The notes beneath the pieces are model-generated. The model was not told where the DNA came from. It searched no databases and saw only the letters and a program-made list of their open reading frames with translations. Of a stretch of 64,000 bases of DNA, positions 56,921 through 64,000 are shown piece after piece. The position numbers and the translations under genes are program-made. The DNA lies in IMG/VR virus record IMGVR_UViG_3300031951_000003, positions 1 to 64,000 of that record; one strand, written 5' to 3'. Each line of letters starts with the position of its first letter. Within the stretch, counting starts at the first letter, position 1.

Positions 56921-58677
56921 GCTTATCAGAAATATCACTCGAGTCAAAAGCACTAACACTTCTTGAACAATATGAGGGGTATAACAATTATATCTTGGAA
57001 CTACAAAGGAAATCCCAAGTAAATAAAAAATTCTACCCAACAAGAAGTCAATCAGAATACATAATCAATAACCACGACAAACAACCCAAAGTTGCCAAAA
57101 AGTGGGTAATTTTAGACGCATATTTTGCACAGAAATTAGCTGACGACAAGATGTATACTGAAATCCCACAAAAAGTCTGGGTTGAAAAACTTCTAGCGGA
57201 GAAGGACAAAGCTTATCATATTTGGGGAAAGATTTGGGACTCTGAACAACTACATGATTTTTGGTTACCCAAGGCTTCTATAATAAAAGACAACACCGTT
57301 AAAGACGTTGTCATCGATTTTGAAAAATATTCAAACAGACCCCCGTTAAACCATCAAAAAGAATCCATTCAGAAACTGGTTGAAAATAAAAAATATATTT
57401 TGGCCGATGATATGGGTTTGGGTAAAACAACCTCAACTATAATTGCAGCCTTAGAAACAGGGGCTAAAAAGGTTTTAATCATATGTCCCGCAACTTTGAA
57501 GATAAACTGGAAGCGTGAAATTGAAAATTACTCTGACAGGACAATATACATAGCGGAGGGTAAAAACTTTAGCACAGAACACGACTTTGTAATCATAAAC
57601 TACGACATTCTAAAAAACTTCCATGACCCTAAAAAGAAAGATGATTCGCAAATTCTTAGAGCCAATTTTGATTTGGTTGTTATTGATGAAGCACACTATA
57701 TCAAAAATGCTCAAGCACAAAGAACCAAACTTATAAACGACTTCATAAAAAAAATTGACAGACTTTGGTTATTAACAGGAACACCGATGACATCAAGACC
57801 AATTGATTATTATAATTTATTGAGTCTCGTAGATTCCCCTGTTGCCAAGAACTGGATGGCCTACGTCATAAGATATTGCAGTGGATATCAATTCAAGGTC
57901 GGAGCAAGGAAAGTATGGAACGTAATGGGTGCGTCTAATTTAGATGAACTAAGGGATAGAACCTCGAATACAATCCTAAGGAGATTGAAAGAAGACGTTT
58001 TGGATTTACCTGAAAAAATTATCACACCTGTTTATCTCAGACTCAAATCAAAGGACTATGAAGAACTCATGGGGGAATATTATAATTGGTATGATAAAAA
58101 CCCCGACGAGTCAAAATCGTTAACAGTTCAATTTTCAAAACTTACAAAAGTTAGACAAGTTATTGCCAACGAGAAAATATCTCAAACAATAGAACTTGCC
58201 GAAAACATATTAGAGCAGGACAAAAAAGTTATCATATTTTGTAACTTCACAGATTCACTAAATCAAATTGTTCAACATTTTGGAAAAACTGCCGTCAAAG
58301 TTGATGGGTCAATGACAAAACAAGATAGACAATTTAGTGTTGACCAATTTCAAGAAAATGATAAAATAAAAGTTTTTGTCGGTAACATAAAGGCTGCGGG
58401 TGTTGGACTTACTTTGACTTCCGCAGAAGCGGTTATTATGAACGACTTATCATTCCTACCATCGGACCACTCTCAGGCTGAAGATAGGGCATACAGATTT
58501 GGACAAAAAAATAATGTGTTAGTCTATTATCCAATATTTGAAAACACAATCGAAGGCGCGATATATGACATACTTAATAATAAGAAGCAAGTCATCGCGA
58601 CCGTTATGGGTGACAATCAAAACATCGGTGACACTGCCGAAGAAATTCTGAAAAGAATAAACGAATTACGCCCTTAA
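56917..58677 (+). CDS. SNF2-family helicase/translocase (SMARCAL1/HARP-like)
   Basis: LADDMGLGKT, IDEAH, LTGTP, LRRLKEDV, GVGLTLT, QAEDRAYRFGQ. ATGA overlap with the SET gene. Confidence 0.92.
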   Translation: MSLSEISLESKALTLLEQYEGYNNYILELQRKSQVNKKFYPTRSQSEYIINNHDKQPKVAKKWVILDAYFAQKLADDKMYTEIPQKVWVEKLLAEKDKAYHIWGKIWDSEQLHDFWLPKASIIKDNTVKDVVIDFEKYSNRPPLNHQKESIQKLVENKKYILADDMGLGKTTSTIIAALETGAKKVLIICPATLKINWKREIENYSDRTIYIAEGKNFSTEHDFVIINYDILKNFHDPKKKDDSQILRANFDLVVIDEAHYIKNAQAQRTKLINDFIKKIDRLWLLTGTPMTSRPIDYYNLLSLVDSPVAKNWMAYVIRYCSGYQFKVGARKVWNVMGASNLDELRDRTSNTILRRLKEDVLDLPEKIITPVYLRLKSKDYEELMGEYYNWYDKNPDESKSLTVQFSKLTKVRQVIANEKISQTIELAENILEQDKKVIIFCNFTDSLNQIVQHFGKTAVKVDGSMTKQDRQFSVDQFQENDKIKVFVGNIKAAGVGLTLTSAEAVIMNDLSFLPSDHSQAEDRAYRFGQKNNVLVYYPIFENTIEGAIYDILNNKKQVIATVMGDNQNIGDTAEEILKRINELRP

Positions 58678-58682
58678 CATAG

Positions 58683-58895
58683 ATGGAGAAAGTAACTAAT
58701 CACCAAGGAGTTGAATTGAGAGTTGGTGATAGAATTAAAATTATATCAGACAAATTACATTCAAAATTACTAGCTAACGTTGACCTAAATGAAGAGGTTG
58801 TCATAACAAGTTTTTCAGAAAACGGAAAAATTATATATCATCATAATACATTAGCCCTACCAACCAACAGTGACATTTATGTTAAAATAAATTAA
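58683..58895 (+). CDS. Small hypothetical protein (SH3/KOW-like)
   Basis: 70-aa ORF containing LRVGDRIKI. Starts 5 nt after the SNF2 stop. Confidence 0.55.
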   Translation: MEKVTNHQGVELRVGDRIKIISDKLHSKLLANVDLNEEVVITSFSENGKIIYHHNTLALPTNSDIYVKIN

Positions 58896-58925
58896 AGTCA
58901 ATCAAACCTTAAAACAATTCTGAGT

Positions 58926-58932
58926 TATTTAT
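58926..58932 (+). promoter_or_regulatory. TATTTAT upstream element
   Basis: 22 nt before the SOD ATG, on the + strand like the gene. Confidence 0.65.
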
Positions 58933-58954
58933 ATAAAACGAATAACTCGCCAAT

Positions 58955-60493
58955 ATGAAAAAAATAGAAGAAAGAATTCAACAAATTGAAAAACAAATTA
59001 CCGAAAACCATATCGAAACAGAAAAACAATTGTTGATTACAGAAATGAAAAAAATTGGAATAGAAAAACTACCCTATTCTTATTCAGCCCTCAAAGGATT
59101 CATCGACGCAGAAACGATGAATTTCCACTACAACAAACACTATAAGGGATATGTAGATAAATTAAATGCCGCCCTGTCAAAGAAAAAACATGGAGATTTA
59201 GACTTAGAAAAAATTGTCAAAAACATTAGTCGATACGACCAAGTAGTAAGGAACAACGCTGGAGGAGCATTCAATCACGCACTTTTTTGGAATATGTTGT
59301 CTCCAACACCAAAAAAATTAACAGGGGAATTGTATAAAAAAATTACCAAAGAATACGGTAGTTTCAATCTATTCAAAAAGAAATTTGAAACTGTTGCAAA
59401 GGATAGATTTGGCTCAGGTTGGGTATGGTTAATTTTAACCTCAAAAAATACTTTGAAAATAATGTCGACACCAAATCAAGACAATCCACTTATGAATGTT
59501 ATCGAAGGTGGAGGTTTCCCTCTATTAGGTTTGGACCTTTGGGAACACGCCTACTATTTGAAATACAGAAATAAGAGAGACGAATACATTTCAAATTTTT
59601 GGAAGGTGGTCAATTGGGATTTTGTTCAGAAACTTTATGAAATGAAAGTTGAAACAAAACTACTAGAGTCGAACAAATTTCAAGGAATAATTACTGAATC
59701 AAAAGAACCACAATTCTGTAATCCAAAAGAAGTATTGTTCTATAGAGACTTGATTAATAATTACGCAATCAAAAAAAGATATCAGGAGGGAGTATCCTAC
59801 GTTCTAAAAAAAGTATTTTCACATTTTTGGGTTGAGGGTAATACTGAAGAGATGTCAGGATTTTATGGTGTAGAATCACCCGAGGGTAGGTCTATACTCA
59901 ATAACCTTAATACAAATTTCAATACATTTTGTTTATTGGTAAAAGCAGTAAACAAACAGATTGAATTAATTGGAAGGTCAGAAAAGAAGTTTGATTTTTC
60001 AAAAAAAGAAAAAAGAACTCTAAAGGAAACAACTAGATTTATTTCAGCATTGGACCACTTCAGAAACGAAATCTTTACAGAGAATAACGAAGACTTTATC
60101 AATATAATCAAAGTCCTTAAAAAACTTTGGGATAGGGGTCAAAAGTCTGAAGACAACGCAATTAAAAAAATAGAAGACTATTTTGATGGTAATGCTAAAA
60201 TTGAAAAGATTGGTTCACATGGTGGAAAACAAGACGCCTTCAAAGGTATTGATGTAAATGTGATTTTAGATGGAAAAAAGTTTTCTGCACAGGTTAAACC
60301 ATTCTCTAATGTTTCAATAATCGAGGACAGAGTTAAACTTTTGGATACAGGAAATGTTAAGCATTACGAAGTCGATTGGTATATTTTTATTAATCCTAAA
60401 ACAAATAAGATACTTATATTCAAAAACGACCCTATAAGTGATAAAAACCAATATGTCTTCAACGTTAGTTCACTACTACACGAAATAGAATAA
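58955..60493 (+). CDS. sod: Fe/Mn superoxide dismutase fused to a C-terminal PD-(D/E)xK-like domain
   Basis: SOD motifs LPYSYSAL, HYNKHYKGY, NAGGAFNH, RFGSGW, NQDNP, LDLWEHAYYLKY. C-terminal GQKSED / GIDV / AQVKP. Confidence 0.88.
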   Translation: MKKIEERIQQIEKQITENHIETEKQLLITEMKKIGIEKLPYSYSALKGFIDAETMNFHYNKHYKGYVDKLNAALSKKKHGDLDLEKIVKNISRYDQVVRNNAGGAFNHALFWNMLSPTPKKLTGELYKKITKEYGSFNLFKKKFETVAKDRFGSGWVWLILTSKNTLKIMSTPNQDNPLMNVIEGGGFPLLGLDLWEHAYYLKYRNKRDEYISNFWKVVNWDFVQKLYEMKVETKLLESNKFQGIITESKEPQFCNPKEVLFYRDLINNYAIKKRYQEGVSYVLKKVFSHFWVEGNTEEMSGFYGVESPEGRSILNNLNTNFNTFCLLVKAVNKQIELIGRSEKKFDFSKKEKRTLKETTRFISALDHFRNEIFTENNEDFINIIKVLKKLWDRGQKSEDNAIKKIEDYFDGNAKIEKIGSHGGKQDAFKGIDVNVILDGKKFSAQVKPFSNVSIIEDRVKLLDTGNVKHYEVDWYIFINPKTNKILIFKNDPISDKNQYVFNVSSLLHEIE

Positions 60494-60499
60494 TAAAGA

Positions 60500-60506
60500 T
60501 ATTTAT
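60500..60506 (+). promoter_or_regulatory. TATTTAT upstream element
   Basis: 5 nt before the gp13-like ATG, on the + strand like the gene. Confidence 0.65.
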
Positions 60507-60511
60507 TTGAT

Positions 60512-61639
60512 ATGGCAGCACTACCAGAACCAGAAAGAAGTAAAATTTATACAAGAGTCAAACACTTGTTGGGAGCACCCTTAAGAAGTGTAGAATTAGA
60601 AGACGAAATGATGGACTCGCTAATGGAATTATCTATTGGTGATTATGAAGAATATATTCTACAATGGCTAATCGATTCACAATGGGTTAACTTAGTAAAC
60701 CTCAATATGAATGAAAAGTCTGTTGCCAGAGCTTTGGTTACAAGGACAATGGACTTCGAACAACAATTTGCATATTCGTATTCTAAGATTGTTGGACTTC
60801 AGACCGTAGGACCATGGGTCTTGAAGAAAGATTATTTCATAATTGAAAAGAATGTTCAGACATACGAAATACCAGCCAACAGAGAAGTCAATGAACTTCT
60901 TTGGTTTAGTAATCAGGCTTGGACAGCATTCGGACTTGGAGGTCTTGGTGGATTTGGATTCGGTGGTATAGGTTTGGGTGCCAATGAAGCAGGATACGCT
61001 CAGATGGGATACCAAGGTTCTTATTTTATGATGTCTGGTTTTGATTACCTCATCAGAATGCAAGAAGCAAATATCTTGAATAGAATTCTCGGTGGTTCTA
61101 TGACATATAGGATTACCGCATTACCTGATGGTAAAAAGTTGATACACTTGATGAATACCCCTGGTGGTAAATTTAACTGGGCTAATTTCAACATGTATGC
61201 TGGTAAAGCGGTTTGGTATTGGTATTATGATGTAACACCAGACAGTAGAGCTGATTGTCTTAAAAACAATCCTGACATTATCAAACTACCGACTGACGTT
61301 CCTCTTGAATCCTTGAGTTGGGAAGATATCAATGTTCCTGGACAACAATGGATAAGAAGATGGTTTACAGCATATTGTAAAGAAACCTTAGCAAGAGTGA
61401 GAGGTAAATACAGTGGGAATCTTAAGACACCTGATTCTGAAATTACAATGGATTACACCAGTCTTTTAACTGAAGCCAAGGATGAAAAATCTAAACTGAT
61501 GGAAGAATTGACGGGCGCTGAAGGATGGCTTACAAGACTAAGACCTGAAAAGGTTATGGAAAGAGAAGCACAAATTGCTGAAAATTTAAATAAACAAATG
61601 AAATTCAGAGCAATGCCTCGTCAAATCTACGTAATCTAA
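60512..61639 (+). CDS. Neck protein, T4 gp13-like (head-tail adaptor)
   Basis: RVKHLLGAPLRSVELEDE, WIRRWFTAYCKETLARVRGKY, AKDEKSKL. Confidence 0.78.
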   Translation: MAALPEPERSKIYTRVKHLLGAPLRSVELEDEMMDSLMELSIGDYEEYILQWLIDSQWVNLVNLNMNEKSVARALVTRTMDFEQQFAYSYSKIVGLQTVGPWVLKKDYFIIEKNVQTYEIPANREVNELLWFSNQAWTAFGLGGLGGFGFGGIGLGANEAGYAQMGYQGSYFMMSGFDYLIRMQEANILNRILGGSMTYRITALPDGKKLIHLMNTPGGKFNWANFNMYAGKAVWYWYYDVTPDSRADCLKNNPDIIKLPTDVPLESLSWEDINVPGQQWIRRWFTAYCKETLARVRGKYSGNLKTPDSEITMDYTSLLTEAKDEKSKLMEELTGAEGWLTRLRPEKVMEREAQIAENLNKQMKFRAMPRQIYVI

Positions 61640-61640
61640 T

Positions 61641-61976
61641 ATGGCAATAGTAAAATCAATCCCATCCAAAAGAATTATTAATGGTCATGCAATCAATACA
61701 TCTGAACTTTCAGTTGTATCCGAATTGGATTATAGAACCAACGGTGAATTTTGTATAATTGTTAGAGGAATCCCACAATCATTTTTAGTCTTAGATTCAA
61801 AAACAACAGACCATGTTGTAGTCAAAGCTATGACTATGGTAACAGTAAGACCCGATGTCGGAAAAATTGACGAGGAATGGGACGAAATTGTATTAGATAA
61901 GTTTGCCTGTGTAGAATTCCAATACGTTGGAGGTAATTGGTATATTCTTTCTTCAGACGGTCTTAAGCAATCCTAA
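61641..61976 (+). CDS. Small beta-rich hypothetical (probably structural) protein
   Basis: 111-aa ORF starting 1 nt after the gp13-like stop. Confidence 0.65.
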   Translation: MAIVKSIPSKRIINGHAINTSELSVVSELDYRTNGEFCIIVRGIPQSFLVLDSKTTDHVVVKAMTMVTVRPDVGKIDEEWDEIVLDKFACVEFQYVGGNWYILSSDGLKQS

Positions 61977-64000
61977 TTTAGTTTCCCAATTTTCTTCGGC
62001 TAATTCATACATGTAATTAGGGTCAAGTCCACGTTTTTCCCAATAAGATAGTTCATCCGATGTTATATCTAAAACATCTTCTTGAAGTTTATCTTGGTCT
62101 CCATCTTCGAATGGCATACCGTTGATTAGTTCACATTGTTCTCCCGTAAAAATTCCCCTTTCTTCAGGATTCGTAACAAGTAGTTGGTCACGAACGTCTT
62201 GTTTATAAACAACAAGTAAAGGTTCAATTCTTTTGTTGAAAGTTACAATTGCTCTTGGAACATTATATTCACCTGTCAGATTGGGGTTATTTTCTAATAT
62301 GTTTGCATCCAACATGTAACAATTAATCTGAACACTGTCTCCCTTTTTTTGGACATCACCATGAGAGGCTTTGACACCATTATTAACATACATAATAACA
62401 TCTCCCAAGTTTACACCTATCCCCGTTTGAAGTGCAAGTTCCATGTGTGCCATACGGGACATTGTATTCCCTGCTTTAGTCTTTTGGGTTAATCTTTTTT
62501 TATAATCCTCGAGTGTTAACTTAACTTTCGCTCTTTGTGCAATCTTTGAAAGGGGAATTTGTTGGTTGAATATTTTTTGAAGATACTCATAATAATATTC
62601 CACGAAGTCTTTACCCTTACCCTCCAAAAGTAATTTGATACCTTTATCCAAAAACTCCTCGATATACAATGGAAGTTTTTTTGATTTGATGGAATTGCCA
62701 GTCAATTTAATCTTTCCTTTGGCGTCCATGACCGCATAATTTTTTCTGGCAAGATTAATACATGAAGGCCACACACCATCAGTATCGAGAGCCATCTCAC
62801 CCCTCATGAATATGTCATTGTATTCTGCAACGTCCGCTTCAGGACCTTTATAAACTTTTCCCGCCTTTACCTTCCAATTCAACCCACGACCAACATAGTG
62901 ATGACTTTCCACATCATCGGGACTGGAGAAGTTTACACCGTCTGTATCCATTACAAGTGGGACATAACCCTTAGACATAAAAAATTTAATCATTTGTCTC
63001 AGATATTGTCTACCTGTGCAAGTAATCTGTTCCCCCATATACATGTCACCCCAAGCAAAAACTTGTGGAGCAGACAAAGCACCAAACATGGAGTTGATGA
63101 ATATTTTGATGGGCAATTGTTTGTTTGAATATGATGCGGACTTTTGTGGGTCAGACTTTTCAAACTCTTCCGCAAGTTGTTTGTAACGAATACGTGTGTC
63201 ACGGAAATACTTCAACATTCCTTTCATCGCACCTGTCACATCACAATCAGGAAATACATCATGCACAAGCTGAATAGAGGGGTATAGAGAGGAGAAGTCG
63301 AGCTTTAATACATTCTTACTATAACCAACCTTAAGTAGTCGAGAAAGACCTCCTACGAAGTCTGTCTTCGATTGTTTGGCAGGGATTGCCAGTCCGTGTT
63401 TGTATGACCAAGCAAGCATCAGCATTTTCCAAAGAGTCGCAGTTCCCATGGTTGATACTCTTTCGTAAGTCGTAGGAATCATAGATGCAAGTAGAAATGA
63501 CGCTTGGTTAAATTCTTTATCCACAGCCAAGGTTTCTTCCAAGTCATCATCAAGATATCTCTCAACAAGATTGTCACCAGTAGTTTTGATATAAATGTCA
63601 TTTCTTTTTTCACATACCTCATCAATCTTTGGGTCCAAACCAACCTTCTTGTAATTACCGTTTTTAATATTTAACCAATATTCTTCCTTAGCGGCATAAA
63701 ATTTTCCAATGTCCGTGTGTTCGATATAAACACGGTCAGGAGCCTCTTTATTAATAAACTTTGTGATATACTTCAAACCAGCCGCCTTGATATTTGAATT
63801 GATGGCTTGAGCTCTTCGAACAGCATGAATTATATCGATTACATTATATCCCCAAATTGATGTTTGAAGAAAATCTTCGACTTCATTTGCTAATTTGAGA
63901 ATCGTATCTTTTCTTGTGTATGAGTGTTGGGGATGTAAGGATTTAATCGCCTTCCTCATATCTAAACCAAGTCTTTGACCTCTTTCGAATATCCAGTGCC
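61953..64000 (-). CDS. Family B DNA polymerase (5' end outside the window)
   Basis: LDFSSLYPSI, KIFINSMFG, MDTDG, ExoIII YLDDD. The frame stays open upstream of the track start (HWIFERGQRLGLDM). Confidence 0.93.
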   Translation of the reverse strand, partial: HWIFERGQRLGLDMRKAIKSLHPQHSYTRKDTILKLANEVEDFLQTSIWGYNVIDIIHAVRRAQAINSNIKAAGLKYITKFINKEAPDRVYIEHTDIGKFYAAKEEYWLNIKNGNYKKVGLDPKIDEVCEKRNDIYIKTTGDNLVERYLDDDLEETLAVDKEFNQASFLLASMIPTTYERVSTMGTATLWKMLMLAWSYKHGLAIPAKQSKTDFVGGLSRLLKVGYSKNVLKLDFSSLYPSIQLVHDVFPDCDVTGAMKGMLKYFRDTRIRYKQLAEEFEKSDPQKSASYSNKQLPIKIFINSMFGALSAPQVFAWGDMYMGEQITCTGRQYLRQMIKFFMSKGYVPLVMDTDGVNFSSPDDVESHHYVGRGLNWKVKAGKVYKGPEADVAEYNDIFMRGEMALDTDGVWPSCINLARKNYAVMDAKGKIKLTGNSIKSKKLPLYIEEFLDKGIKLLLEGKGKDFVEYYYEYLQKIFNQQIPLSKIAQRAKVKLTLEDYKKRLTQKTKAGNTMSRMAHMELALQTGIGVNLGDVIMYVNNGVKASHGDVQKKGDSVQINCYMLDANILENNPNLTGEYNVPRAIVTFNKRIEPLLVVYKQDVRDQLLVTNPEERGIFTGEQCELINGMPFEDGDQDKLQEDVLDITSDELSYWEKRGLDPNYMYELAEENWETKLGLLKTV

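Noticed and set aside
5422-60506. Reading the motif as T4-type TATAAATA promoters firing antisense
   Set aside because: It would place promoters pointing away from nearly every structural gene. The motif tracks gene orientation and start-codon distance, so a sense-strand TATTTAT is more parsimonious. Not formally excluded without TSS data.
7409-63202. The many short (60-195 aa) ORFs nested antisense or out of frame inside large genes (e.g. 48482-49069, 55554-55895, 60692-61063, 30410-30595)
   Set aside because: They are fully overlapped by well-supported genes and have no motifs or upstream signals.
24783-64000. Inteins or group I introns in RNR, helicase, RecA, SNF2 or polymerase
   Set aside because: Motif spacing and protein lengths look uninterrupted. 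No C-terminal HN-C/S/T junctions or LAGLIDADG motifs were seen.
1-64000. Stop-codon reassignment (as in some large gut phages)
   Set aside because: Genes are intact under code 11, and TAA, TGA and TAG all appear as genuine ends.

Overview
A 64-kb fragment of a large, AT-rich lytic myovirus genome with T4-like architecture, standard genetic code and dense coding. No tRNA, CRISPR array, integrase or IS element is visible. From left to right: (i) fibre/adhesin genes, namely a >1800-aa Gly-X-X (Ser/Thr) collagen-like protein missing from the ORF track because it runs off the left edge, a Pro-Thr stalk protein and a SprB-repeat protein; (ii) baseplate genes (gpI/gp7-like, J/gp6-like, gp25, several unknown structural proteins); (iii) a nucleotide/replication block (class II RNR, DnaB-like helicase, 2OG-Fe(II) oxygenase, 5'-3' exonuclease, RecA/UvsX, gp32-like SSB); (iv) the tail module (2562-aa hub, gpX/LysM-like, 1673-aa tube-initiator with an OmpA-like domain, tape measure, tail chaperone, tube, HAD enzyme, sheath, neck genes); (v) a + strand block (SET-domain protein, SNF2 helicase, SOD fused to a nuclease-like domain, gp13-like neck) and a family B DNA polymerase running off the right edge. 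The best leads are: an oriented TATTTAT element (the reverse complement of the T4 late promoter core) before 13 genes, several times embedded in the left arm of a hairpin; a probable +1/-2 programmed frameshift at TTT-TTT-CGC in the tail chaperone; a SOD/PD-(Q)xK-nuclease polyprotein with candidate prohead-protease sites at its domain boundaries; a SET+SNF2 operon; and the proline-free giant collagen-like fibre. All product calls rest on motif recognition by eye, with no database search.
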